From Squalus acanthias (taxonomy: Eukaryota), in assembly GCA_030390025.1 (NCBI GenBank), contig CM059432.1, positions 123,258,001 through 123,322,000 of the forward strand: a DNA stretch of 64,000 bases, read 5' to 3'. Under the pieces are notes generated by a model, which saw nothing but the letters and a program-made list of their open reading frames with translations, was not told the origin of the DNA and did not search any database. Shown in pieces: positions 12,990-25,817 of the stretch. Every line of letters starts with the position of its first letter. Positions within the stretch are counted from its first letter, which is position 1. Both the position numbers and the translations under genes were made by a program.

Positions 12990-13290
12990 CAGGGCTCTTG
13001 CTCAGCTGTATGCTGGGGTGGAACTTCTGCAGGGGTTTTCCCGATTCTCCACCGTAATTTCAGTGGAAGATTCATGGAAAACCGGGAGAGAGACGCCGTC
13101 CCTCCGGGGTTTTCGCGGATCATCGTCAAAGTTCCATCGGACGATCGGTAAAATCCCCGGGGAATTTCAACCCCGCCGTCTTTTAAAGTTGTCAGCTCAT
13201 TTGGGGATGTGTCAACTCCTCTGAAGCAGCTCGTCAGCTTTTCCCGAGTTTTGTCGGCTGGAATGTGCAGATAAAGGAGCAACACATTGA
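12990..13290. mobile_element. Decayed MITE-like element (related fragments at ~2780-3000, 6500-6640, 29650-29810, 45345-45590)
   Basis: Shared motifs such as ccaccrtaaytt/aagttatggtgg and internal inverted segments. Ends not resolved. Confidence 0.35.
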
Positions 13291-13479
13291 CATTTACCAT
13301 TTTCAATTAACTTGTGAAGGGCCAAGGTACAAACACTGGGCCGATGGCCTCGTTTCTGCCAACCATCAGATTTCTGTAGTAAACACGTCAGCATTTCAGG
13401 AGTTGGTTTGTATGTCAACCATGGGATGAAGATCAGACGGGTTCGACAATGGGCGGGCGATCTGCTCCACTAGGTTACC

Positions 13480-13945
13480 AACAACAACAACAACAACTTG
13501 TATTTATATAGCGCCTTTAACGTAGTAAAACGTCCCAAGGTGCTTCACAGGAGTATTTTAAGACAAAAAATTTGACATTGAGCCTCATAAGAGGAAATTA
13601 GGGCAGGAGGCCAAAAGCTTCATCAAAGAGGTAGGTTTTAAGGAGCGTCTTAAAAGGAGGAAAGAAAGGTAGGGAGGCGGAGAGTTTTAGGAGGGGGGCA
13701 GAATTCCAGAGCTTAGGGCCTAGGCAACGGAAGGCACGGTCACCAATGGTGGAGCGATTATAATCAGGGATGCTCAAGAGGCCAGAATTAGAGGAGCGCA
13801 GATATCTCGGGGGGATGTGGGGCTGGAGGAGATTACAGAGATAGGGAGGGGCGAGGCCATGGAGGGATTTGAAAACAAGGATGAGAAATTTGAAATTGAG
13901 GCGTTGCTTAATCGGGAGCCAGTGTAGGTCAGCGAGCACAGTCAG
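13480..13945 (-). mobile_element. L2-clade LINE 3' fragment with (TTG)n tail
   Basis: LADLHWLPIKQRLNFKFLILVFKSLHGLAPPYL...RAFRCLGPKLWNS...FKTLLKTYLF. Tail reads (aac)n on the + strand. Confidence 0.9.
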
Positions 13946-14700
13946 GCAGTGAAGACGAAAATGTACCCCATGCATTTTTTTTCCTTCCAATGCGAGTGAA
14001 AGAATGTTCAGTGTAGATGCAGCTTAAGTTACCAAGCTTCTTTTCACATGCCAGGGCCAATTATAACCTTTCAGCTTTTTGAGGGCTGTGGCAGCTTTCC
14101 TGCAGCTATCAGCTTGTGCTAGTGTTATAGGTTGGCAAGTATGAAGTCTAAACATTTTAAAAAATCATTATTGGGCCGGATTTTGCAGTCAGCAGCGAAC
14201 GAATGGCACCTGCCGTTCATTACACTTGCACTTGCCCATGGACTTTCTACGGGATTTTGAACTGGAACCTACTGTAAATTATAGAGCCAAAACAGCACGG
14301 CACCATCTACAGGGGATCTGGGACCTGTGTGAACAGGGCAAGCAACTGTATATCTCCTTAACCAATCAGATTGAAGAATCCTTACTAAGACACGCAGGGG
14401 GGAATCTTTACCTTGGAGCTGGGTTGCGTGCGTGCGGGCCACGTAGCGGCTCAGGAACCCGATGTTGTGAGCAGCGCGTTCTTCAGTGCGACCTTAAATT
14501 AATGGCCCCAATTAAACCAGTCATGTGCGTTTCCTGGCACAATTAAATGTAGCGGGTCTGATGATGTCATCGATGACTCATTTCCAGTGTCGATATTTAA
14601 AGCAGCCTTGCACACATCTCATTTGAAGGTTGTTGAAGGAGTGTTCAAGGTGATTTCCAGAGGTCTGACTATTGTTACAAAGCTGATAAAAGTGTGGGTC

Positions 14701-16560
14701 ATGGATACACAAAGGCAGAGGGCCACACCAAGATTTAGTGATGCCTCCCGCGATGTTCTGGTGCAGGCAGTGAGAGCACGCAGGGAGGACCTCTTCCCTG
14801 GCGATAGGCGCAAAAGACCACCCAAAGACACCAAAAGGGCATGGTTGGAGATCGCAGAGGCGGTCAGCAGCAGGGATGTGGTCAGGAGGAGCTGGATCCA
14901 GTGCAGGAAAAGATTCAATGACCTCATGAGGGCTGGAAAGGTGAGTGCAATGCCACACTCACCTACATCCTGATGTGCCTGTCACCACATTCCCATCACT
15001 CTGCCTTACCAAGCCTATGCCTGCACATCATTCCTCACAACACCTTGCAGGTCCACCCATCCTTCTCTGTCTATGCATATACTCACATTCCCATCTGACA
15101 AACCACCCCTGACACTCACCCTCATCCTAATGCAATCATAGCAAATAACAACACAGAAGGAGGCCATTTGGCAATGTCACGCCACTCGCTCATAGTCACC
15201 CTCTACAGATTTAGCCCATCCATTCCTTACACTCATTCCATCACTCTCACTCAAAGTTCTCCTCTTTCCCTCCTTGCAGGAGAAGAGAGCCCAGAACAAT
15301 AGGGAGAGGCAGAGAACCGGAGGTGGCCCTCCAATATTCACTCAACTGACTCCAGCAGAGGAGAAGGCCCTGGAGATCTCTGGAGTTGCAAAGCTGCTGG
15401 CGGTGGGAGACAGAGAGAGGGGGACATCCCAGCAACCTGGTGACAGAATTACATCTCATACAGCCACATGGCATACAGCAGTCACTCATATGGTGACTGA
15501 TGTAAGCAGCCAGTGAATGTTCATCATGTGCATAATGGCAATGTTACCCATTCTTATTATAACACTTCTAAATCATCTCTTTACTGTCCCACAGGTCCAT
15601 CAAGTGGCCCCCACCACTTTCCAGCTGGAAGAAGACGATTCCTCAGAGGAAGCTCCAGCCTCTGAGGGTCAGACCTCGGCAGGCCCAAGCACAGCCAGCA
15701 CCAGCACATGCACACACCTCGGTGGGTCCTGTGCAAGATAGAGTAATGTTGTCACCTGGTGCATCTCACATCACAAGTGAGCAACAGCAGATGGTTTTGA
15801 CAGGGACAGCAGTGGAGACTCCTTACTGGAGGACGCTGAGCTGAATGCAAATGCTGAGCCTTCGGGGCCATTGAGAAAGAGGGTGATCTTGGAGGGGCAG
15901 CAATAATTGCAGGAGGCTCTGGCAGCTTTTGCAGCTGTGATATCTGCAAATGTGCAGGGAATGGAGGAGTCCATCTCCAACATGAGCACCACCATGTCGC
16001 AGGCAATGGTGACGATGTGCTGTTCCATGGAAAGGATGGCCACCTGCATGGAGCAGCTAATGCGCCACTCACATGAGCACATGCTAGCTGTGGACAACAG
16101 ATGGTAGACGCTCATAGACCTCATCTCTAGGAGGGATCTAAACGTAGACTTGGGCGTCCATCGTCCCACTAAGGTGCTCTCCAGCTCCTTGCTAGCAGGG
16201 AAGTGCGGGTGGCCCATGAGAGGGATGATGGTGAGAGGGGTCATGGAAGTGGGGGCTCTTCTCAAAGTGCCCCCACTTCTCCCCTGTTGCCTCCCCCTCA
16301 GTCAAAGCCCCACATGCTTCCTCGGATCCCGATGGCCAAGTCTGCCCTGGCACAGTTGCAGTCTTTGGCAGGGCCCTCACAGGCTCCAAAACCCAGAGGC
16401 GTCTGCCAAAAGTGTCTAACCAGTCGCAGCAGGGAGTTGAGCAGCCTGCCTATGCCTCTGCTGAAGCCACAGGGGGTTGCACCTCATAGAAGCACGGGGA
16501 AAAGAAAAAAGACACAATCCTCGATGCACAAGGGTGTACAAACAAATGTTAGTGATAAGT
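14701..16560 (+). pseudogene. Harbinger Myb/SANT-like (trihelix, NAIF1/MSANTD-type) DNA-binding protein gene, 3 exons, exon 3 frameshifted
   Basis: Exon 1 14701-14940 (PRFSDASRDVLVQAV...KRAWLEIAEAVSS...RSWIQCRKRFNDL; AAG|gtgagt). Exon 2 15280-15439 (ttgcag|EKRAQNNRERQRTGGGPP). Exon 3 from 15595 (ccacag|; EEDDSSEE and a Met-rich coiled segment in shifted frames). 3' end approximate. Confidence 0.8.
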
Positions 16561-16924
16561 TTCAGTTATTTTTATGACACAGATAAATGTATTTCTTTGC
16601 ACCACTTTCCAGTCTTGTTCAAGTTTGCCTGCTACCTTGGAAGTGGCTTTGTCACTTGGAGTGAATGATGAGCACTCGGACAGGCCAGAATGGCCTCCTT
16701 CTGTGCTGTCATTTTATGATTCTATGGAAGAATATAAAAAGGCTCCCTGTACCACACACGTTCTCTAGAAAAGATAGCATACAAGTGATCTACTCAGGCC
16801 TGCTCTTGAGCTAACTGCTAGGAGGTGTACAAGAATATCTTTCCTTCCAATATTCATTCTCCTGGGGAAAATGGAGCACCTATTTGCATTGAGTAATGCA
16901 GGTATGGATCTGTATCCCCATGGG

Positions 16925-17352
16925 ACAGGCTGGAGCTCATTTCTCTAGAAAAAAGAAGGCTGAGGGGCAACCTGATAGAGGTCTTTAAGATTATGAAAGG
17001 GTTTGATAGGGTAGATATAGAGAAGATATTTCCACTTGTGGGGTGACCAAAACTAGGGGCCATAAATGTAAGATAGTCACTAATAAATCCAATAGGGAAT
17101 TAAGAAGAAACTTTTTTACTCAGTGTGGTTAGAATGTGGAACTCGCTACCACAAGGAGTATTTGAGGCGAATAGCATAGATGCATTTAAGGAGAAGTGAG
17201 ATAAACACATGAGGGAGAAAGGAATAGAAGGTTATGCTGGTAGGGTTAGATGAAGTGGGATAGGAGGAAGCTTGCGTGGAGCATAAACACCGGCATGGAC
17301 CAGATGGGCCAAATGGCCTGTTTCTGTGCTGTAAATTCTATGTAATCTATAT
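16925..17352 (+). mobile_element. CR1 3' fragment inserted between the Harbinger genes
   Basis: gacaggctggagctcatttctctagaaaaaagaaggctgaggggc...ggcctgtttctgtgctgtaaattctatgtaatctat. Confidence 0.85.
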
Positions 17353-17485
17353 ACTTAACCTCGAGCAATGGGGGTTTGGGTGACAGGAATTGCTTGGACA
17401 TTATAGGGATGCTTTATGGTGTTGTTGGGGGTGGAGGTGGATCTTAGTACAGCATGTGGCAGCCATATGGGCGTATTGGAGCAAG

Positions 17486-19115
17486 TTAAGTAAATCTGGT
17501 TATGATGAGGTCATCCCTGGCCTCCCGGGCAGCAATTTGCACCGCTACTGGTGCCATCTCTGCCTCCTCCTCATCGTCTTCCACCTGCTCCTCCTCCTCC
17601 TCCTCTGAAGAGACTGTGTGCTCTGCTCCTCCTACAGCTCCAATCCTCACTGCTGCACTATGCTGTGCAGCGCGCAGCAGACAACGATGATTCTGGAGAC
17701 TCTGGCTGATGCGTACTGAAGGGCTCCTCCAGATCTGAAGCGCATCTTCAGCATGCCTCTTGTTTGCGCAATGACACATCTGGTGGACATGTGGCTCTCA
17801 TTATAACACTATCACAGAATCACAGAATCCTCACAGTGCAGATAGAGGCCATTTCGGCCCATCAAGCCTGCACCGACACATATCCCACCCTATCCCCGTA
17901 ACCCCACGTATTTAATCCCCCCTAACACTAAGGGTCAATTTATCACAGAATCACAGAATCCCCACAGTGCAGATAGAGGCCATTTCAGCCCATCGAGCCT
18001 GCACCGACACATATCCCACCCTATCCCCGTAACCCCACGTATTTAATCCCCCTAATACTAAGGTCAATTTATCATAGCCAAATCAACCTAACCCGCACAT
18101 CTTTGGACTGTGGGAGGAAACCGGAGCACCCGGAGGAAACCCACGCAGACACGGGGAGAATGTGCAAACTCCACACAGACAGTCATCCGAGGCCGGATTC
18201 GAACCCGGGTCCCTGGCGCTGTGAGGCAACAGTGCTAACCACTATGCCACCGTGCTCCCACTCCTGGGCCTCAGTACTTGGCCTCCTGAAGGGTGTCATG
18301 AGCCACGTCTTCAGTGGCTAGCCCTTGTGTCCAAGCAGCCAGCCGGTAAGTCTGTTTGGAGGTGCGAAGAGCTGAGACAGAGTGGACTGGCGCAGCACGA
18401 AAGAGTCATGACAGCTGGCAGGGAATCTGACACACACATGCATGATGATCTTTTTATGGTTGCAGACGAGCTGCACATTGAGGGACTGGAAGCCCTTGCG
18501 GTTCACAAACACTCCTGGGTGATGTGGGTTGCCTTGATGGCCACATGTGTGCAGTCGACGCCCTGCACCTGTGGGAAGCCATCCAGAGCCGCAAAGCAGA
18601 GTGCCCGCCCAATAACACTGGGTTTATCATTGGCAAAGTTTACATAATTGGCTGACTTGTCAAAAATGGTATCGGTCACCTGGATGATGCATCTGTGGGC
18701 GGCCGACTGCGAGATCCTGTAAATGTCTGCTGCAGATCCCTGGAAGGAGCCTGAGGTGAAGAAGTTGAGGGTGGTGGTGACTTTGACAGCCACTGGTAAG
18801 GCATGTCCACCAGGTCCTCTGGGCAGCATGTATTCTTCCAGCAAGGTACAAATGTCTGCGACAACCTGGCACGATAGCCTGAGCCTCCTGAAGCAGTGCT
18901 GCTCAGACATGTTGTGGAAGCTCATCCTCTGCCTATATAACCTGTGTTGGGGGTATCGCCACCGGTGCGGAGCAGCCCAGTGTTGACCCCCTCCTGTGGA
19001 GCATCAAGTTGTTGAGGAGAAGGCTGCTGCTGCTGGTGTGGCTGGTGTTGTTGGTGATGGGGATCATCTTGGTCTGATTCTGAGGTTGAAGGTGAGACAG
19101 CACAAGCGGCACCAA
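17486..19115 (-). pseudogene. HARBI1-like DDE (DDE_Tnp_4) transposase, frameshifted and SINE-interrupted
   Basis: [10 protein letters not shown]...[10 protein letters not shown]...[13 protein letters not shown], then [16 protein letters not shown]...[11 protein letters not shown]...GWLLGHKG, then YNESHMSTR and an acidic tail ending AAREARDDLIITRFT. Confidence 0.9.
17810..18255 (-). mobile_element. HE1-like V-SINE with a tandemly duplicated ~130-bp 3' part, inserted in the transposase gene
   Basis: tRNA-like head (tggcatagtggttag, ggttcgaatcc), V-domain (gtgtctgcgtgggtttcctccgggtgctccggtttcctcccacagtccaaa), tail (GATTCTGT)n. 17810-17940 is repeated at 17941-18070. Confidence 0.9.
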
Positions 19116-19801
19116 TGCTGATGTAATAGATGGCCGGTAAAGTGGAGATCAGAGGCCCAATCCCTCAGTGTTGTGATAGTGACGAGCAATGTGGTGAGAG
19201 TGGCTTCTGAGGTTGCAGAAATTACCTGCAAACTCCTGACAGCTAAATTTCTGCACAAGGTGGAGTCAGCAAGAGCCGTTCCATTAGACAAGTAATCAGG
19301 TGCAATGTGGGAGTATTTATGTGTTTTTCCCAGCTCTCAATTAATGCACTTGCACAATGGCCACTGAGCTTCCGCCTCCCCATTCAAAAGCTGCTGATAA
19401 AAACCCTCTTAAGGGTCTCTCAACAAGCATTTAAGTACTTGAACGAGGTCACCCACCTCTCCCGAGCGGGTTCGTGGCGCGCCTCCAAACGCGCCTGAGT
19501 AAAATGCAGAAGTTGGCAGGATGACGGTGGGTTCCCGACGCAGTCCATTTCCACAAATTTACCTGCCGACCAGCCCCCAAACCCATACGCTCGGCAATGG
19601 CAAAATTCCGGCCGCAGAGTTTGAACTAGGAAGTGGCAGTTAGAATAGTTAATTCAATGCCAAATCATATACAGAAAGCGAAATAAAGAGAGAGAACGAA
19701 AGATGGGATTAAGAGAGAGATAAAAGAAACAGAAAGAAAAAAGTTTTAAAAAAATAAATTTTTCTTATTTTTTAAATCTCCAACAATGATTAGAAGCAGA
19801 A

Positions 19802-20242
19802 GAAACATAGAAACATAGAAACTAGGAGCAGGAGTAGGCCATTCGGCCCGTCGAGCCTGCTCCACCATTCAATACGATCATGGCTGATCATCCAAATCCA
19901 GTACCCTGTCCCTGCTTTCTCACACAGAATCCCCATCGAGCCTGCACCGACACATATCCCACCCTATCCCCGCGTATTTAATTCCCCCTAACATATCCCA
20001 TCCTATCCCCGTAACCCCACATATTTAATCCCCCCCTAACACTAAGGGTCAATTTATCATAGCCAAATCAACCTAACCTGCACATTTTTGGACTGTGGGA
20101 GGAAACCGGAGCAGCCGGAGGAAACCCACGCAGACACGGGGAAAATGTGCAAACTCCACACAGACAGTCACCCGAGGCCAGATTCGAACCCGGGTCCCTG
20201 GCGCTGTGAGGCACCAGTGCTAACCACTATGCCACCGTGTTG
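19802..20242 (-). mobile_element. HE1-like V-SINE with a chimeric double tail
   Basis: Same head and V-domain, short GATTCTGT-type tail at ~19922-19950 fused to a (GTTTCTAT)n CR1 tail. Confidence 0.85.
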
Positions 20243-20929
20243 AAATGAGATCCCACACTTGTAAATGTTAATTTTCAGTGCCAGAGGGGTTGCTTAACCG
20301 TAATTAAGACTTATCACGGCGTTAAAAATGTACTTACACTGGAATGGACAAGCCCTAACGTTTCGTGTATGTTTAGTGGGTATCTAGTGGGTAACCTCAA
20401 CTTTACGCCCTTTCATGTATTTCAATGCTGAGTCTCTTGGTGAGATAACGGTATAGCGAAGCCTCTGGAGGAGCAGGGCAACTCGGACAGCAACTTCCTG
20501 ATTTCCACGTTTAACTGCGCACGTGCGGTCGCCAGAAGTTGCTGTCCGATTTACTCTTTAATAATAGCCTCACCGTTATTTCCGCAGCAAAATGCGGCCC
20601 ATTATCTTTAAAGGCTTGAAATGCTTCAAAACTTCAGCATTAAGCTGTTGCAGAGAACTTGGTGAAACACTATGCTAATTTGATCTAATTGCATATGTAA
20701 AATAGGTTAATTAGATAATATTATCTATTAGACAAGAACTGTAAGCCTTTTCTCAGCAAGTGCCTAAGGAGCCTAGATATCGTGCTTAAAAAAAATGAAA
20801 TCTTAATGGTTTATTAGATCCGATATGCAAGGACAAATTAGGTTACAGTGGAGCTTCCATTATTTACCATAATGGAAGGGTCCCCCATCGCACCCCAGTG
20901 GTTAATGGAAATTGGTAGACATCCTTTTT

Positions 20930-21320
20930 AAAAAACGTTCCTGCCAACTTTCTCCCCTCTCATGTTTTCCTAGGGTGTTGACTCCTTGTTGGGATATGGT
21001 TCCATGCATACCAGCTCACCTCTGATACCTTACCCCAGTGGCCTATATTTGCTTATAAGCCTTGACAGTAAGTTTTGGCAGGCCATTTAACTTTAAGAGA
21101 CATTACAGCTTGAACCTGTTCTCATCCTCTTGCTCTTCCAGCAGGGGTTTCTGGATAGTGATCAGGAATGGGAACTCTGGCCTATTTCCCCCTCCTTAAC
21201 CCAAGTGTTTAAGTCAGCTGCAGCAACAGGGTAGGGATCAACTAGTTCAACACAGACCGGAATTCTTTCTGTTCCGTATCCATCAGCTACTCACTTGATA
21301 AACTTGCTAAGCCATTAGGG
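20930..21320 (-). mobile_element. Old SINE-like repeat (related + strand copy at ~24285-24660)
   Basis: gggatcaactagttcaacacagacc is the reverse complement of the ctgtgctgagttagctgatctc motif at 24361. Family not identified. Confidence 0.4.
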
Positions 21321-21360
21321 GAGCAGAAAATAGACATTATCTTACAACTCAAAATACCAT

Positions 21361-21535
21361 GTGGTAGATTTTGGTCTTCACCATCTGGGCGGTGGGCTGG
21401 TGGAGCGGATCGCCCGCCCTTTATAGAACTCACCAAATTATTCATTCCTCGAATGAAAATTAGGTGGTTCTATAATCGGAGGGCAATCTGGTCCGTCAAA
21501 TTACCGTCCAGGTGTTGAAGATGAAAGTTTATCCC
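21361..21535. mobile_element. Short palindromic MITE
   Basis: Self-complementary arms (gatcgcccgccctttatagaact / ggttctataatcggagggcaatc), TSD CAT. Confidence 0.65.
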
Positions 21536-21939
21536 CATAAGTCCTAGATCTTAAACTGGAGAGTTGTACATTGTTTTGGCCACTAGGTATAGCGTACTAA
21601 TGATACCATGAATTGGACTGATTTAGCCTGTGAACAATAGTTAATTTGAGGCCAAATTTCCTCCAAAACCCAAAAGTTTAAAGTGCCACCCTTATAAAAG
21701 TTGGACAGTGGAGGTGCAATGCCAATGAGAATAGCTTAAGTAAATTCAAACAGCTAGAGAAAAATAAAATTCTCCAGCAACTTGGAAGGTGTAAGTGAGG
21801 AGACACAGGGTACGGTGCGGCTATGCAATTCACTTCCAAGTTAGTGGTTGAGGCAGAATAGAATGTAACTGTCAACAGGTTTGGGGTAGGTGGGATGCAG
21901 GGTAATTGCGAGACATACTCACTGGCCTAAGTTTAAAAA

Positions 21940-22310
21940 AAATTCATTCCTGGGATGTGGGCGTCACTGGCAAGGCCAGCATTTATTGCCCATCCCTAAT
22001 TGCCCTCGAGAATGTGGTGGTGAGCCGCCTTCTTGAACCGCTGCAGTCCGTGTGGTGAAGGTACTCCCACAGTGCTGTTAGGGATAGAGTTCCAGGATTT
22101 TAACCCAGCGACGATGAAGGATCAGCGATATACTTCCAAGTCAGGATGGTGTGTGCCTTGGAGGGGAACTTGGAGGTGGTGGTGTTCCCATGCGCCTGCT
22201 GCCCTTGTCCTTCTAGGTGATAGAAGTCACGAGTTTAGGAGATGCTGCTGAAGTAGCCTTGGCGAGTTGCTGCAGTGCATCTTGTAGATGGTACACACTG
22301 CAGCCACGGT
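21940..22310 (-). mobile_element. Non-LTR retrotransposon 3' end (second copy 56915-57360, short tail at 30765-30860)
   Basis: Minus strand encodes TVAAVCTIYKMHCSNSPRLL...KSWNS...GLQRFKKAAHHH-like peptide, then gggcaataaatgctggcc...acatccca and an A-rich tail. Confidence 0.75.
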
Positions 22311-22329
22311 GGGGTGCAGCTTGGAGCCC

Positions 22330-23314
22330 AGAGTATTTTAACCCCCCAGCCTTATCTACGTGCCATTGGTCAGTTGCCCGCCTAAAACAGCTGCTCGTCG
22401 GTGGGCGGTAGAGGAGGTTTGGATGACTGGAGACCGCCAACCAGCATTGAGGGAAAGCTCGCCGACAAGCAGGTAAGTTGCATGGAGGGGGTTTCGGAAG
22501 GGTCTTGTGGGAGGGAAGGCAGGGGAGGTCGTGGCAGGGGAGGCCGTGACATACCTGCTCCTCTTGGCCCCACATTTTACCCTTACCTTGGAGGGCCTCA
22601 TCTGTCTGCAGACCTGCTTCAGCCTGGCGGGCAAGCCGTGGCAGCGCCCCTACTCAAGGCCCCGTTAAAATCAAATCGGGGTCCCATTGACATATTAGGA
22701 CCTCGATTTGCATAAATTCATGAGCCGTCCGCCTGCTTTAGGCATGTGTTTCATCTGCCTGCAGAACCCTGCAGGTTAAAATCCAAAATGGCACAAAAAG
22801 GTTGCGATCTGAGCGGGTAAACGAAAAGAAAGAAAGAACTTGCATTTATATAGCGCCTTTCACAATCTCAGGCATCCCAAACTGCTTTACATCCAATGAA
22901 GTACTTTTGAAATGTAGTCACTTTGCGCACAGCAAGCTCCCACAAACAGCAATGTGACAATAACCAGAAAATGTGTTTTTCAGTGGTGTTGGTTGAGAGA
23001 TAAATATCAGCCAGGACACTGAGGAGAACTCCCTGCTCTTCTTGAAAATAGTGACATGGGCTCCTTTACGTCCACGTGAGAAGGCAGGCAGGGCCTCGGG
23101 TTAACGTCTCATCCGAAAGACGGCACCTCCAACAGTGCAGCACTCCCTCAGTATTGCATTGGGAGTGTCAGCCTGGATTATGTGCCCAAATCTCTGGAGT
23201 GGAACCTGAACCTACAATCTTCTGGCTCAGAGGCGGGAGTGCCACTATTGAACCGCGGTTGACACCTTAAATGACCATCCCGCCCGTCCGGCAGATAGGG
23301 TTAAAATTGACCCC
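22330..23314. mobile_element. Harbinger-type MITE carrying a nested SINE
   Basis: Right end GGGTTAAAATTGACCCC, decayed left end tattttaacccc. Shares internal motifs with 1138-1648. Confidence 0.5.
22825..23268 (-). mobile_element. Deu-domain tRNA-derived SINE, near full length
   Basis: Reverse-complement copy of the 3135 family plus a tRNA-like head (...ctgagccagaagattgtaggttcaggttccactccagaga). Confidence 0.8.
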
Positions 23315-23884
23315 TATTCCAACACTCAAAATTAGATTGGATAAGTGAATGAAGGAAAGGGGGTTGGAGGGATATGCGAACAGGGTGGATAAATGTGATT
23401 AGAACTAAACGACGACACGGACTGGTTGGGCCCAATGGCCTGTTTCAGTGTTGTAACTTCAATGTATTTCTATGTATAACATTAAGGCTTAGTACATTGT
23501 ACACCTGTTATACATAAGATCAGAGTTAAGTCTGGCTATAATTTACACAGCACTCTAACAGGCAGGGAGATTGTAAGCTCAGTACAGCTTGAGGTGATCA
23601 AGTGTTCTGGGGCTCAATGTCCTCAGCCGCTCTGGACATTAGCTGTAACTCCGGAAGGAGTCAGACGGAATGGCTCAGAGAAATAAAACACTGGATCCCA
23701 GTCAGAACTGGTCGCGCTCCCTCCCACTCCAATGGCAGCCAGGCTTCAGAGTTTTCGGCAGCATAGGTCAGATGGGTGCCTGATATGCACCCGCACAGTC
23801 AGTAACGTCATAACTGCTTTCAACCAATGTATATGTAGCACTATGATGATGGTGTTACCTTAATATCTGTCACTGAATCCTTAA

Positions 23885-24270
23885 AAAGAAAAAAAGAAAG
23901 ACTTGCATTTATATAGTGCCTTTCACGACCTCAGGATGTCCCAAAGCGCTTTACAGCCAATGAAGTACTTTTTGAAGTGTGGCCACTGTTGTAATGTAGG
24001 AGACACAGCAGCCAATTTGCGCACAGCAAGCTCCCACAAACAGCAATGTGATTATGAACAGATAATCTGTTTTTAGTGATGTTGATTGAGGGATAAATAT
24101 TGGCCAGGATACCAGGGATATCTCCCCTGCCCTTCGTCGAAATAGCGTCAGGTTTAACGTCTCATGTGAAAGACGGCACCTCCAACAATGCAGCACTCCC
24201 TCAGAACTACACTGGATTGTCAGCCTTGATTTTTGTGCTCAAGTCCCTGGAGTGGGATTGGAACGCACAA
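23885..24270 (-). mobile_element. Deu-domain SINE with internal deletion
   Basis: aaagaaagacttgcatttatatagtgcc tail and cagcaagctcccacaaacagcaatgtg core. Confidence 0.8.
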
Positions 24271-24879
24271 CAATCTGAAGAAAGTAGCAATGGCTCAATG
24301 GATAAATGGACTGTCCATTGTGGAACTCAGCCAATCGAAATGCCTGGTTCAATCGCCATCCTGTGCTGAGTTAGCTGATCTCCGCCGAGGTAGCAATAGG
24401 AGAGTTACATTTGATCTCAGTGCCCCTGGTCACTCCTGCCTGCCGTCCAGCGCAAGTGTTCATGTCAGCTAAGGACAGGATCGGGCTTGGGTATGATCGC
24501 TGTCCCGCCCCCTCCATTCCGAATGAATATCTATGCGAGCACACTCAGAATCTAGCTTCACAAATTAAGTATGGCAACAAGGGTGAAGTATCGGAGGCTG
24601 GTTGGCACTTGTATAACTGTACCCCAACATGATTTGATACTTTCAGGAGAGGAGGGAAGAACATTTGTGGGTGGCGAGGGCAGGGTGGGGTGGGGGGCAA
24701 GAGAATAGCAATGAGAGAAAATCTAGGTCTACTCCTCCAGACAAGTAATTACCTCCATGTTAAAGGTATTGCAAAGTATTGCACTGATCCATTTGAAGTG
24801 TCAAGGATCCTTTTTTATTATTATGCATTCTTCACTATGATCAACAGCATTTTTCAAGTTTAATACTATTTTTTACATG

Positions 24880-25550
24880 GTTTTATGAAAGGGAAATCGT
24901 GTTTGACAAATCTATTAGAGTTCTTTGAGGATGTAACGAGCAGGGTGGATAAAGGGGAACCAGTAGATGTAGTGTATTTGGATTTCCAGAAGGCATTCGA
25001 TAAGGTGCCACATAAAAGGTTACTGCACAAGATAAGAGCTCACGGAGTTGGGGATAATATATTAGCATGGAGAGAGAATTGGCTAACTAACAGAAAACAG
25101 AGTCGGGATAAATGGGTCATTTTCAGGTTGGCAAACTGTAACTAGTGGGGTGCCACAGGGATCAGTGCTGGGGCCTCAACTATTTTCAATCTATATTAAT
25201 GACTTGGATGAAGGAAGCGAGTGTATTGTAGCCAAATTTGCGGACGATACAAAGACAGGTAGGAAAGCAAGTTGTGAGGAGGATATAAAGAGTCTGCAAA
25301 GGGATATAGATAGGTTAAGTGAGTGGGCAAGAATTTGGCAGATGGAGTATAATGTGGGAAAATGTGAAGTTATCCACTTTGGTAGGAAGAATAGAAAAGA
25401 AAAATATTATTTAAATGGAGAAAGACTACAGAATGCGGCGGTACAGGGGGATTTCGGTGTCCTCGTACATGAAACACAAAAAGTTAACATGCAGGTGCAG
25501 CAAGTAATTAGGAAGGCAAATGGAATGTTGGCCTTTATTTCAAGGGGGAT
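24880..25550 (+). mobile_element. CR1 RT fragment
   Basis: KGKSCLTNLLEFFE...[27 protein letters not shown]...KFADDTK. Confidence 0.92.
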
Positions 25551-25817
25551 TAAGAGTCAACCACATTGCTGGGTCTGGAGTCACATATAGGCCAGACCGG
25601 GTAAGGACGACAGATTTCCTTCCCTAAAGGGCATTAGTGAACCAGATGGGTTTTTACGACATGGTCACCATTACTGATACTAACTTTTTATTGCAGATTT
25701 ATTTAATTAACTGAATTTAAACTCCACAGCTGCCGTGATGGGATTTAAACTCCGGATCATTAGTCCAGACCTCTGGATTACTAGTCCAGTAACATAACCA
25801 CTACGCTACTGTCCCCG
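25551..25817 (-). mobile_element. tRNA-derived SINE fragment
   Basis: Minus strand begins ggggacagtagcgtagtggttatgttactggactagtaatccagag...gagtttaaatccc (A-box and B-box-like). Confidence 0.65.

Larger units (their letters stand above)
14397..19613. mobile_element. Decayed autonomous-type PIF/Harbinger transposon with two convergent genes
   Basis: Imperfect TIRs GGGGGGAATCTTTACC / GGCAAAATTCCGGCC, TSD GCA (14394-96, 19614-16). Myb-like gene on +, DDE transposase on -. Confidence 0.85.
14173..20600. mobile_element. Harbinger-type MITE expanded by nested insertions (related empty element at 54477-55183)
   Basis: TIRs GGGCCGGATTTTGC...GCAAAATGCGGCCC, perfect TSD ATT. Left arm gtcagcagcgaa matches 54493. 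Confidence 0.8.

Noticed and set aside
17486..19115. Domesticated host HARBI1 or NAIF1 genes
   Set aside because: Frameshifts, a SINE insertion, an altered catalytic-region motif, and enclosing TIRs with a TSD indicate a decayed transposon.
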